A DNA stretch of 64,000 bases from Octopus vulgaris (Eukaryota), in assembly GCA_951406725.2 (NCBI GenBank), contig OX597814.1:61132001-61196000 (forward strand). Reading direction: 5' to 3'. Each line of letters opens with the position of its first letter. The stretch's first letter is position 1. Positions 1 through 12,690 of the stretch are shown here, in pieces. The notes under the pieces were generated by a model. The model was not told the DNA's origin. It did no database searches and worked only from the letters and a program-made list of their open reading frames with translations. The translations under genes and the position numbers were made by a program.

Positions 1-179
1 TCACATTGCTTTTAATTAATCCTGAACTATGCCATATCTTTCAGATTTAGATGATGTGATTATTTATTTTTAGCATGACACTGTAGGGTAAATGGCAGAG
101 GTCAGATCTGGCCAGTTTGAACATGAAACAGGTAGAATATTTGGTTTGGATATGGCTAATTTGAATGCTAACCGGTTAA
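1..179. mobile_element. Right part of a TTAA-ended (piggyBac-like) MITE
   Basis: Ends aatgctaaccggttaa; reverse-complement homolog of 8216-8440; same family as the split copy at 41399-43033. Confidence 0.55.
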
Positions 180-309
180 AACCTGAAACACTGAACTAGT
201 TATAAGTTGTTTGTTTTAATGAAGAATAAGAAAATTCCCGAAAAGTTTCTACTACCAAAAGTTTGAAGTTTCCAGTGAGACATTCTGCATGATGATGCTA
301 TACTCTCTC

Positions 310-520
310 TCTTTACTCTTTTACTTGTTTCAGTCATTTGACTGTGGCCATGCTGGAGTACCGCCTTTAGTCGAACACATCGACCCCAGGACTTATACTT
401 TGTAAGCCTAGTACTTATTCTATCAGTCTCTTTCGCCGAACCGCTAGGTTACGGGGATGTAAACACACCAGCATCGGTTGTCAAGCGATGGTGGGGGGAC
501 AAACACAGACACACAAACAT

Positions 521-570
<50 letters not shown>

Positions 571-776
571 TCATCATCATCATCATCATCACATATATAT
601 ACACATATATATGATGGGCTTCTTTCAGTTTCCGTCTACCAAATCCACTCACAAGGCTTTGGTCGGCCCGAGGCTATAATAGAAGACACTTGCCCAAGGT
701 GCCATGCAGTGGGACTGAACCCGGAACCATGTGGTTCGTAAGCAAGCTACTTACCACACAGCCACTCCTGAGCCTA
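310..776 (-). mobile_element. tRNA-derived SINE family A with internal (TA)n/(CAT)n
   Basis: Minus strand has A-box-like tggctgtgtggtaa, B-box-like gggttcagtccc and CORE-like accttgggcaagt; many copies in the window. Confidence 0.85.
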
Positions 777-1020
777 CAAAAAATTGATAATTTCATTAAA
801 AAATGACTCACTCACACACATCTACACAGAAATAAGAATGAGACTCCTTTTAATTTCAGATAGTCATGGTTATCTAATATAACACTGGCATGGTAACTCC
901 AATGCCATATAGATTTTCAATTTCTAATTTCTTTTTTTTTTTGTGTAAAATTCCTGTAAATATTGATTACAACACACTTTGGTAAAAGTATGAAGTTAAG
1001 GTAAGTATTCTTTTATTTTT

Positions 1021-1385
1021 TTTTACTTGTTTCAGTCATTTTGACTGTGGTCATGCAGGAGCACTACTTTAAAGGATTTTAGTTGAAGAAATTGACCCCA
1101 GGACTTAGTCTATGTAAGCCTAGTACTTATTTTATTGGTCTATTTTGCTGAACTGCTAAGTTACAGGGACCCTAAACACACCAACATCGGTTGTCAAGTG
1201 ATGGTAGGGGGACAAACACACACATACACATGACAGGCTTCTTTCAGTTTCTGTCTACCAAATCTATTCACAAGGCTTTGGTTGGCCTGAGGCTATAGTA
1301 GAAGACACTTGTCACACAGGTGCCACACAGTGGGACTGAACCCAGGACCATGTAGTTGGGAAGCAAGCTTCTTACTACATTCACA
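1021..1385 (-). mobile_element. SINE family A
   Basis: Colinear with 310-776. Confidence 0.8.
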
Positions 1386-2859
1386 ACTTTTTTTTATAAT
1401 TATTGACTGCTGTATCATTACATTCACCTTAATGGAAAACAAAATTTTCTAGTTTCTTTCAGCATCAGAAATTAGTTCTTCATCAAAGTGTATAGAAAAT
1501 ACATTCTTTACAATATTTACCCCTTTGATACAATATAACCAACTTCATTTTTGGACAGATTCACAAATCTACAAAAAGTATAAAATGAATTCCTAAATTA
1601 GTTTCAAGCATCAAGGTTTAATCATATTTTCTCCATCTTGCTCACATATGAAGCTCACATGGTCCTGAATTCCTTATTAGTTCCATGATTTTCAAAAATT
1701 CAAAGTTCTGTGGTATTCATTGCCTAAATACCAGATCTTCATTTTTTTTTTGGGTTGGTTTTTCTCTTCTTTTTGGTCATCGTTTCTACAATTTTCTCTT
1801 AGAATTGTTGCCAAGATTAGCAAAGATGAAAAATTTTCATCATTAAAATTAGGATCAAGAGTATCTATTCTGTTTGCTGATGGTACTAAGACATTTTGCG
1901 ATATTTGTAATCATTCTGCTTGCAACAGAATGATTCAAAAAGTTTATTAAATTTTTGGACATACATGGTTGTGTGGATGTTTTTTATTTTTTATTTTTTT
2001 TAATTTAGTAGAGGATGTAAAAATTTGCTGTCTCATTGATTTCTCTCCATTCAACTTTTCTTCTCTAGAAAGACTGTATTAAAAACATTGGATTTTCCAC
2101 TCCTCACTGGAAGTTCAATATGCTCTTGTTATCAATTTTAGTCTAATATTTATGCATAAATATGTATTATATATGCACATACACATACACACACATACAT
2201 ACACAGATACATGTGCTCACACCACACACACATACACACATACACACACACACACACACACACATACACTTGATGCTAAAATATACTCCCTATCACAAAT
2301 CTGAAAAAAAAGCTAGTTTTCCCACTAAACATTTTGGCTAAATTAAAAAAAAATTAATCAAACATTGAAAATGTCAAATTAGCTACACAGTATAGAAAAA
2401 GTTGTGTCATAACTGAATTCTTTAAATGCCTCTTGTATGAATGAATGAATAGAAATCTGGTTAAAATTAGAACCAACTTTGTTGGCTAATTTCGTAACAT
2501 CTGCAACATTTTTTCCCCAAAAGTTCTTCTACTGTTATTTGTTTTTTATTATTTTTATTTGTTTTTAGCTTTGATTTTACTCATTCCCTTCACATTATTC
2601 TACACCATGAATGCCTTTTGAGAGAGTAGCAAAATCATGCAGACAATATCTTTGTTTCACCTCTGTTGCTTGTGTTACTTTGACCAATTAGAATTTATAG
2701 GTCATAAACTTGTAGCTGTGTTATAGTTAATATGTTGAATAATTAATAAAAGAAAGAACTATCTTCAATAATGTTTATTAATAACACTAAACATTTTTTA
2801 TATACATAATGTAGAATTTTACAATTTTTCTTTCTGTATCTGTAGCTATTGTTATTTTC

Positions 2860-3172
2860 CTCTCAAACACTGAAGTTCTCAGAGGAGCTCTGCTGTGCAG
2901 CCTGTGGGAGATTGTGGCAGAAAATAGAGTGAGACTTGCAGATCATGTTTTCTGACTTCCAGAAGAACAAATACCTAATGGGTACCACCAATGGGTATCC
3001 CCAATGGATGAAGAGAGAGAAACCCAAAAAGATATAACATGCCACCATCAAAGAAGATCTGAAGCAACATCACTTCACCTAGGAAAATGCTGGTGACAAT
3101 GCTTAGAATTGGGATCATTGGAAACAGCTTACTACCCGATATACAAGCCAACTCTATGGGAAGAACTAAGAC
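2860..3172 (+). pseudogene. Decayed RTE-like LINE 3' end
   Basis: RVRLADHVF*LP resembles the RTE C-terminal R.R..GHV.R motif; stops and frameshifts. Confidence 0.45.
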
Positions 3173-3352
3173 AAATGTGGAATTTGTTATATACAGGTTA
3201 TGTGTGGAAATCAGAAAATAATGAAATTGCCTAACGATTAGAACTAATATATTTAATATAATTTAGAACATAATTGCTGGCTACAGCAGGAATAATATCT
3301 TAGACACACAGTTAAGACACGAAAATTATCTTATTAAACATGGGTAAAAAAG

Positions 3353-3497
3353 ACACTGGTACTTATTTTATTGACCCTGAAAGGATAAAAGGCAAAGTTG
3401 ACCTTAGCAGAATTTGAACTCAGAATGTAAAGATGGATGAAATGCTGCTAAGCATTTTACCTAGTGTGTTAATGATTCTACCAGCATGCCATCTTAG
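3353..3497 (-). mobile_element. SINE family B fragment (gcctttcatcctttcggggtcgataaa core, Meta-domain-like)
   Basis: Homologous to 35550-35982. Confidence 0.7.
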
Positions 3498-3894
3498 CTT
3501 GCTGAAATATTCTGAAAATGTTTCCTGAGACCTTTTCGAGTAAAAATTAAACTTCTTTTTTTTAATCTATCACTAGCTATCATAAACTTTCATCAAAATG
3601 ATTGACTGGAAAAATGGCAGTAGGAATTGTAATAGAGTTTGAGGATATAGCCAAAAAATGACTCTGGTTAGTATTACAAAGTATAGTATTATTATATACC
3701 AGCAGCAATTATCTCCAGTCAATATTACCTAACATAGCAATATTATTCACTCACAGTTTTGACGTTCAACTTAAACATTCCAGGTTCAAAATCAAAGAAG
3801 GTTATCTCCTATAAAGCTAATGATCTGTAATTTTTTTTCCTTTGCATGTAAAACACAAAGCACGTGATCATGTTGTTTAGGCCAATTGGAAACT

Positions 3895-4075
3895 CAGTCT
3901 GTAGTACCTGTATTTCAAAGGGCCGACTTGCCACACTCTGTGTCTCACCAAGTCTCCCTGAGAACTATGTCTGTGGAGTGCTCAGCCACTTGCACATTAA
4001 TTTCACAAGTAGATTGTTCCATTGATCAGATCAACAAAAACCCTCATCATAACCAATGGAATGCCAGTTAAGCAA
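3895..4075 (+). mobile_element. SINE family C 3' fragment
   Basis: Shares gtctgtggagtgctcagccacttgcacattaatttcacaag with 4288-4540; degenerate copies near 10490-10660 and 35400-35495. Confidence 0.6.
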
Positions 4076-4287
4076 CACAAACTTTATGCTTGCTTGGGTC
4101 ATTCACTTCACATTTGACCAGCCTCCTTTTCTCACACAGCAGCTACAGATAACCTGTCTTATTCTCTCTCTCTCTCTTTCTGGCTAGATGTCAGCCTTTT
4201 TTTAGCTTTAAAAAATATCTTCTGAAAAACATGTTAATTTTCTTTTCTTTCACTTTAGGGCTATTACTTGATCACATACCTTACTTT

Positions 4288-4540
4288 GTGAAAGGATGTG
4301 GCCTAATGGTTAGAGTATTTGGCAGTGTGTTGTGTATTTGAGCAACATGCTTTATTTCATGTTGCTCCAGTCTGGCAAAAATGAGTAGTACTAGTATTTC
4401 AAAAAAGGGCAGCTTTGTCACATTCTGTGTCAGGCTGCATCTCTCTGAGAACTACATGTCTGTGGAGTGCTCAGCCACTTGCACATTAATTTCACAAGCA
4501 AGCTGTTCCATTGATCAGATCAACTGAAACCCTTGTCACA
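4288..4540 (+). mobile_element. SINE family C
   Basis: tRNA-like head tggcctaatggttaga; body shared with 3895-4075; head region resembles 45689-46020. Confidence 0.6.
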
Positions 4541-4616
4541 ACTACTAGTTTTTATATCTTGCTCTCCAACACAGGTTCTTCCACTAACACAAATTATTTA
4601 CGAACATTTTTTCATA

Positions 4617-4749
4617 ATGGCTATGTGGTTAAGAAGCTCACTTTGCAACCACATGGTTCCAGGTTCAATCCTATTGCATAAGCAGCCCCAAGCCAACCAA
4701 TGCTTTGTGAGTGAATTTGGTTGGTGGAGTCTATGTGGAAGCCCATCAT
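4617..4749 (+). mobile_element. SINE family A 5' part
   Basis: tggctatgtggttaagaagc...ggttcaatcc head. Confidence 0.7.
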
Positions 4750-4931
4750 ATGCATACATATATGCACATGCACGCATGCACACACATGCACACACACACA
4801 CACACCTATAAATTTCATGTGTTTTAACACACCCTGTGCTTTGAGGGAGTCATCCACACTGCACTAAACTGTAGTATACAAGCAAACAAGCAAAACACAT
4901 ATACTGAATATGTACAATCAATAATATATAC

Positions 4932-5163
4932 ACACCATCCGAGCGTGGCCGTTCGCCAGCCTCGTCTGGCACCTGTGTCGGTGGCACATAAAATCACCCA
5001 CTACACTCTTGGAGTGGTTGGCGTTAGGAAGGGCATCCAGCTGTAGAAACACTGCCAGATCTGACTGACCTGGTGCAGCCTTCGGGCTCCCGAGACCCCA
5101 GTTGAACCGTCCAATCCATGCTAGCATGGAAAGCGGACGTTAAATGATGATGATGATGATGAT
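4932..5163 (+). mobile_element. RTE LINE 3' UTR with (GAT)n tail
   Basis: Closely matches 28900-29128; ends ggacgttaaatgatgatg. Confidence 0.8.
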
Positions 5164-5196
5164 ATGTATGTATGTATGTATGTATGTATGTGTATG

Positions 5197-5405
5197 TGTC
5201 TTTGTGTTTGTCTTCCCATACCACTTGACAACCAGTGTTGGTTTGTTTATGTTCTTGTAACCTAGTACTTTGGTAAAAGAGGCTGATAGAATATGTACTT
5301 GACTTTACAAACTAAGCACTAGTGTTGACATGTTTGACTAAACCCTCAAAGCTGATGCTCCAGCATGGCTGCAATCCAATGACTGAAACAAATAAAAAGA
5401 TAAAA
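5197..5405 (+). mobile_element. SINE family A 3' half
   Basis: Reverse-complement homolog of 310-515. Confidence 0.65.
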
Positions 5406-5456
5406 TATAAACTAATTGTCACATCAACATACTGTTTATTTTCTCAAATATATCAA

Positions 5457-5895
5457 GGCATGCGGGCATGGCAGTGTGGTAAGACTTTTGCTTCCCAACC
5501 AAATGGTTTCAGAATCAGTCCCACTGTGTGGCAACTTGGGAAAGTGTCTTCTATTATAGACCTGGGTTAACCAAAGCCTTGTGTGTGGATTTGGTAGACA
5601 GAAACACAAAGAATCCCAGTGTGTATGTGAGTGAGTGCATGCATATTTGTATCTCCTTCTCTTGACATTATGTGATAGTTGTAAATGAGTGTCACTGTCA
5701 TACAAGTGGTGTTGTTCATTTCAAATATTCTGCGAGGACATGTCTGGCCATGGGGAAATATTACCTTGCTTTGAAACAAGTAAGGGTTGGCAATAGGAAG
5801 AACATCTGGTTGTAGAAAACAAGCCTCAAATAAACCATCCAACTTATACAATCAAAGAAAAGTGAATGTTAAAACAATGATGATAATGATGATTA
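5457..5895 (+). mobile_element. SINE family A head with RTE-like 3' tail
   Basis: tRNA head, then ...ggcaataggaagaacatc...gttaaaacaatgatgat; same layout at 49826-50272 and 34500-34905. Confidence 0.7.
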
Positions 5896-6627
5896 TGATT
5901 TATGTAATGTTTGCCTTCATAGATCTTGTAAATTAAGATCAATGAAATTTCCCATATCTGACTTCTGTCCTATCTTAATTTGTATTTTAAAACTAGGTGA
6001 TGTATAATTGGTATTAGATAGTTTACCAACAAGATCAGTAGGAATCTATTTTTATTGACATTAAGGAAATAAAAGAGAAAATTACGTGTAATTTATTCTT
6101 GTTATTATAGAGATAACACTCTTTTAATTCTATATGATGTGACCACAGATGTTTGAACAGATCTACAACTTGTGATCCAGAAGCATTTGGACAGACATTT
6201 GTCTAATGAGACACACTTTTTAATTCTCTGGCTGAGCAGCACAGCATTTGTTTACAAAGTTTTACATAATTGGACAACAAGTTGCTAACAAACTCTTTAA
6301 TTTCCTACATTGTTCTCAGACATCAACTAAAAGCTGTTGTTCTTGCTATCGATTTAATTCACTGTCAAGGTTTGTACATATACATAAATGAGTATGTGTG
6401 TGTGTGTTTTCTTTTTCATCTGTCATTTGAACTCTGAAGAAGCATCCTGTTCAAAATGTTTGATACTCCACCCCCTACAGCAATTTCACTGAACACTTTC
6501 TGCCACTTTTTCCAAATAATAAAAGTTTTAATGACACAGATTAGTATCAGTTTCCTTGAATTATTTTATCTAACAAATATGTATGTATGCATGTATGTAT
6601 GTATGTATGTATGTATGTATGCATGCA

Positions 6628-6673
<46 letters not shown>

Positions 6674-6695
6674 TGTATGTATGTATGTACACATA

Positions 6696-7159
6696 CATAT
6701 GGATATATATGTTTGTATGCGTATGTGGCAGTATGTATATGTATGTGGACATGTGTGTATATATGTATGCCTGAATAGATATATGTATGTGTGTGTGTGT
6801 GTATGTGTGGACGCGGAACATTCATTTTAATGAGTTGTATCTATCATCCAATGTGATACATCTGCACCACCAGATGCCCCTGAACCAGTTATTGAGTGTC
6901 CCACCCAAGAGGAATCAATGCTATATGTGTTGAAACAATTGATTCCTCTTGGGTGGGACACTCAATAACTGGTTCAGGGGCATCTGGTGGTGCAGATGTA
7001 TCACATTGGATGATAGATACAACTCATTAAAATGAATGTTCCGCGTCCACACATACACACACACACACACATATATCTATTCAGGCATACATATATACAC
7101 ACATGTCCACATACATATACATACTGCCACATACGCATACAAACATATATATCCATATG
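6696..7159. repeat. Near-perfect inverted repeat (224/222-bp arms, 18-nt spacer)
   Basis: 6696-6919 is the reverse complement of 6938-7159 apart from one 2-bp microsatellite indel. Confidence 0.95.
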
Positions 7160-7584
7160 GATAGATAGATAGACCGCTATAGAGAAAAACATACACAGTC
7201 ATACAGCAAGACAGATTTGTGATGGTGTTTGTCTATCTATTTATATCTGTGTGTGTGTATACATACGAGTTTGTTAGCATTAAATTTGTTAAATCTGCAC
7301 ATTCAAGCAGAACAGCAAATAAGTAAGACAAATATTTAATTCAAAGTTCAGGAGTTTTGGTAACAAAGACAGAAACAGAACTTTGCTGGGTTTTGAAAAG
7401 ACAAGAGAAATATTTTCATCAACATAGAGTAATAAAACCAAGCATTTCAAAACAGTATTTAAATGTGTCAATAAGGAAAACTGTGGTATAATTTTAATTA
7501 TGTCTGTATTTTGCACTGGGTAAAGTGTTACTATACATTTTTATGTGTGTGGGATACTTGTTCAGTGTTGATATTTAGTAAAGC

Positions 7585-8195
7585 TTATGTTCTGAGTTCA
7601 AATTCCACCAATGTCAACTTTGCCTTTCATCCTTTCAAGGTCCGAGGTCAATAAAATAAGTACCAGTTGAACACTGGGGGTTGATGTAATCAACTTGTCC
7701 TCTCCCCCCAAACTGCTGGCCTTGTGTCAAAATTTGAAATCAGTATTTATCAAAGCTGAAAGGCAGTGAGCTGGCAGAATTGTTAGCATGCCAGGCAAAA
7801 TGCTTAGTGGCATCTCATCCATCTTTACATTCTGATTTCAAATTCCACTAAGGTCCACTTTACTTTTCATCCTTTCAGGTTAATTAGATAGGTACCAGTT
7901 GAGCACTGGGGTTGATGTAATCGATTTACACCCTCCCCTGAAATTGGTGACCTTATGCTAGAATTTGAAACCAATATTTAGTAAAGTTCAGGGTGGCAAG
8001 CTGGCAGAATCCTTAGCTTGCTGGACAAAAGCTTTGTAGCATTTCTTCCAGTTTTATGTTCAGAGTTCAAATGCTGCCAAGATCAACTTTGCCTTTGATT
8101 CTTTCAGAGTCAACAAAATAAGTACCAGTTGAGCACCAGGATTGATATAATCAACTTTACCCTCTCCTCAAAATTATTGAATTTGTGCCAAAAAT
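7585..8195 (+). mobile_element. Three tandem SINE family B copies
   Basis: Repeated unit gagctggcagaat...gagttcaaattcc...cctttcatccttt...taccagttgagcactgggg. Confidence 0.8.
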
Positions 8196-8215
8196 TCATT
8201 ATTTAGTCATTAAGT

Positions 8216-8440
8216 TAATCCTTTAGCATTTAAACCAGCTATATCCAGCCTAAACATTCTGCCTGTTTTATGTTCAAACCAGCCAGATCCAACCTCTGAC
8301 ACTTATCCTACAATATCCTACTAAAAATAAGTAATCATATCATGAAAATCTCAAAGCTACAAGATGATGCATGGTTAATTCAAAACAATGTAATAAATAA
8401 GCATTACATTTGACAGAATAATTTCAATGTTAAAGGGTCG
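8216..8440. mobile_element. piggyBac-like MITE
   Basis: Ends ttaatcctttagcatt and aatgttaaagggtcgaa (degenerate TTAA-CCCTTT inverted termini). Confidence 0.6.
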
Positions 8441-9346
8441 AAGTTTGTAAGTTTGAATTTATCAAGCATTTGTTATCTATAAAGAGGGATATATTTTGTG
8501 TGGGGTGAAAGAATATGTATAATGAGTAATGAAATTCAGTAGAAAATAGATGCATTTGTTGATGATGTTGATGAGGACTTATGTGTAAGGTTGAATAACA
8601 TCCCCCACAAGGTCCAGTCCTAGTTGTAGTGTAGTGGCTTGTATTTTAATGATCCTTAGAACTATGCTAGTTGGGTGCAAGTTACTAGTAGGGACTCCCA
8701 TACTGGACATGTCAAAGGACAGAGGCTAGACTAATAGAGACCACTTCTTTCCAGAGATGAAAATAGGTTTACCAAAAGCCAACATCCTTACCTAGAAAAA
8801 AGCATGGTTTCAGAAGCACCAATGACAATTCAAGAAGACTTGGGAAAGGAAAGACAGCCCTAAATCAAGAACAGTAGAGGAAGTAATCTATGGCCTATAA
8901 TCTGTAGAGGGTAATAGGCTTAAGTAAGTAGTAATTAGTGATGTTTTTGCTGTTATTTGTGTGAGATTCAAAATGTGTTTTGTCCTGCAAGCTGTTTTCA
9001 CTAAATTTACTATCACCTTTGTCACTAAGATTTTATAATTCAGAGGCTCCAGGAGACTATCAGTGAGAAGATGCCGTAATTGATCAATCCAGCTCCTTAG
9101 ATGCACACTTTTGATAATCAATATCAGCTTAAAATGTCTCCTTTAAGATTTATGGAAGAAAGAAGAAAAATAGACATATAACTAATAACAACTGCTATAG
9201 AAGGGTCATGTGACCAATAACATTTTAGCAATAAGAGAGCTGAACCAAAATGATTGACTGCTGATGATAACTGACAGTGTGTCTATGTATGTGTGTATAC
9301 AGTTGACTGGGTTATGTTGTATCTAGAGCCAATAGAAAGAATGGAA

Positions 9347-9377
<31 letters not shown>

Positions 9378-9780
9378 ACGTGCCTATGCACTCACATGTG
9401 TGTGTATATTAGAATGGATATATATTAGTATGGATTTTAAGTAATTAATCTTGCATTGGAAACTCACAATATTAGATAGGATGTGTATAAAGACAAGAAT
9501 GACCATACTAATATTTATCTGAGTTTTCATATATTTATATTTACATGTGTACAAATATTGATTCACTGGAATAACATTTATGAAATAACAAATAGAATAG
9601 TTAAAAGTATTCAATAATACTACACACTAGATAGTATTATGAAAGTAGTTCATAGTTATTGAAAATGGAATAAGTAGAAAGAGTTAAAGCTACAGCATGC
9701 AAGTAATATGTGTATGACTCAAAATTACATCCTAAGATCAGTACCTTTAGTCAAAACACAATACAAGCATATGAAGTAAG

Positions 9781-10088
9781 TTAGTTAGTTTGTTCCTTCT
9801 CAAGCCATGCCTGGCTCATAAGGGCCAGTTTCCCGGTTTCCTTGGCGTATAGGTTCCCCACCTGGACGGGACGCCGGTCCGTCGCAGGTGAGCTACAAGA
9901 TGCAGGAGGAAAGAGTGAGAGAAAGTTGTGGCAAAAGAGTCAGCAGAAGTTCACCATTACCTTCTGCCGGAGCCGCATGAAGCTTAGGTGTTTCGCTCAT
10001 AAACACACACATCGCCCAGTCTGAGATTTGAACCCGTGATCCCTCGACCGGAAGTCCGCTATTCTAACCACCAGGCCATGTGCCTCCA
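9781..10088 (-). mobile_element. Young tRNA-derived SINE with (TAAC)n tail and 13-bp TSD
   Basis: TSD catatgaagtaag at 9768-9780 and 10089-10101; minus-strand A box tggcctggtggttaga and B box gggttcaaatc; CpGs retained. Confidence 0.9.
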
Positions 10089-11223
10089 CATATGAAGTAA
10101 GAAAAAAGTAGAAGAGAGCAAGAGATCATCTCACTGAACAAACTGACATAGCTACATGCAGACCACTTGGTGGCTCTGGCTTGAGGTTGAATTCATTAGC
10201 TTTTTATAACTATAAGCAAAAGTTTCCAGTATCTTCAATAAAGCTATTTGGTGAGAAAATTCACACACTTTGATATTCACCGCATCAGTCATAACAAATC
10301 AGCCAATGCAGATTGACCAAGCCATATTCACAAAGGTATTAATGCTTTTTTGTGATGATACATTACTTTTTATGGCAGCATGAGGGTTTATAGCCCTGAG
10401 CTACGAAAATCTGAGACCAATGGTTCAAAATTCAGCAGGAGCCTTGTTACAGGAGCCAGCATTGTGAGTGAAAATGAGTAAACAGAATTTGAAGCCTACA
10501 ATTCAAAGGCCCAGCCTTGTCATACATTGTGTCACATTGCTTCTGTCTGATGATTATATCAAGAGTACACATATCTCTGGAATATTCAGCCGCTTAATTC
10601 TAATTCAATGAGCAGGTAGTTGATTTGATCAATTGATCCAACTGAATATTCATTGTTGAAAACAATAGAGGTCTATGTGTATATGTGTTGTTATACATGC
10701 ATACATACATATTTACATGCTTATATGCTTACACAAATACATAACTGTACACACACACACACATACACACACACACCCACACACACACACACACACACGC
10801 ACACACACACTCATAACTCAGAATTCATCATTAGCTTGTTACTTCATAGATAATTGGTCAGACCGACTTTGCTGCTAATATCCAATATAACAAGATGTGA
10901 CACTACTATTCAATATATGCCACAAAAATTAACCTCAAGTATATGAATAATTTATAAATTAATAGCTTATGTATTAATATAAATGATATTAAACACTGTA
11001 AGCATTAATTTGTGATTGGAAACACTATAACAGCAGACACATTGGGACTTACCTATTTAGCACTCATTGCTAGCACAGTCACTCAACAAGTGAACAGTGA
11101 ATAGTTTGAGTCCCATCATTTAGGCTGGGTTTCTTCAATCTCAGACTAGCGCCTGTGCTGTTTAATATTTATCTCTCTCCACCCATCTACACACACACAC
11201 TGATGTGCATATGCATACATACA

Positions 11224-11263
<40 letters not shown>

Positions 11264-11559
11264 TACATACATACATACATACATACATACATACATACAT
11301 ACATACATACATACATACATACATGCATACATACATTAGGCACAGCCAGTTGGCAGAGTCATAAGAGCATTGGCTAGATTGCAGTACAGTAATCATTCCA
11401 ACTCTGTCTGCAATCTGAGTTCAAATCTCACTTTGTCTTTCATCCTTTCAGAGTCAATTTTTCTTTTTCTTTCTGTGAGTAATTCTGAAGCAGTCCTTGA
11501 ACCTCATTTTGGGTTTATGAGCTGGCCTCCAAACCATCTTCCAGCTCACCATACAAAAG

Positions 11560-12690
11560 TTGCCTAGGAAGTTCTTTTCATCATTCATTCTCACCAGATG
11601 GCCATCTCACCTAAAATGACTTTGCAGAATTGTCAATTCTGCACTCCTGCTACCACTTCTCTCAAGCACCTCCACATCACCGATCACCTCCACATAAACA
11701 GTGACATAGACCACTTCTACCTAAGATGAAAACAAGGTGGAAGAGGCTTAACATTAATCCAAAATGCATTTTAATGTAGCATCATATCCCTTCGGCAACA
11801 TCTTTTAACCACCAAGTGTCAAAGTGCATCTCTTGACCAAATTTGCATTCATAAGGCTGATAACATCATAAGGCTTAGTAGGCAGCTCCTTGAGCAACAT
11901 TCTTTGTCTGATAACTTAAAATACATGCCCAAATAAGTCACACGTCTCTACTGCTATGTATCATCAGATGAAAGGATGAGCCTATATGAGCAGAAGACTA
12001 TGCATGAATATGTTAGTAGAAAGCTCCGTGATGATAGTAACATCAAAGCAGTTTATCATGGATGAATAGCCAGATTACTACCTCCTACTTTGAAGGCTAC
12101 GCATTTGCAATCCAGGAACAGGAAATATCAACCAAGTACCTGATGCGGGAAAAGCCGTAAAATATGACAACCGATACAGACTTTATGGAGTTCACTTTAA
12201 AGATATCACCCACATCATAAGCATTTGTCCGAAAATGTCAACACGGTATTATCTACCGATGAGTCATGACGTAGCTAGGACACTCTATAATGAAATCCGT
12301 CGGAAGGATAATCCCGAGGACAAAGAAATAAGAAGCAACAATATAGTAGAAGCTATAGTCACTCATAATAATAAGGAATACTGGTGGAATGTTCCAGTGA
12401 AGACCTCAATAAAATGTAAGCACAACAGACCTGATATAATGATTTGGTATAGAGAAGAGAAACTGTGCACAGTTGTGGAAATGAGCTGCCCAGTGGAAAT
12501 TAACATAAAGCTGAAGATCAGTGAAAAAGAGAATACCTATACTGAACTATTGCAAAATCTACAGTTACTCTATCCAGTTATAAGTTCAGGTAATTATTGG
12601 GGCCCTGGGATATGTAACATACTAACTAAATATCAATCTTGAGAAATTAGGCTTCCCAAAACCAGAAAGAAGAAAGTTAATTCAGAGATA
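11560..12690 (+). pseudogene. Decayed R4/Dong-clade non-LTR retrotransposon (RT C-terminus and restriction-like endonuclease)
   Basis: LYLR*KQGGRGL, EGYAFAIQEQEISTKY, DITHIISICP and ORF 12235-12642 with HNRPDIMIW...VVEMSCP...EKENTY. Confidence 0.8.

Noticed and set aside
449-741. ORFs with YQIHSQGFGRP...EDTCPRCH-type peptides recurring across the window
   Set aside because: They are translations of SINE family A, not a gene family.
1400-1950. Possible host exon or hAT remnant
   Set aside because: Many stops and only a vague resemblance; not supportable.
6425-6470. ctgaaga...caaaat hammerhead-like motif
   Set aside because: GAAA core and stems are absent.
9980-10088. tRNA gene
   Set aside because: The A and B boxes belong to a SINE head bounded by a TSD; no complete cloverleaf seen.
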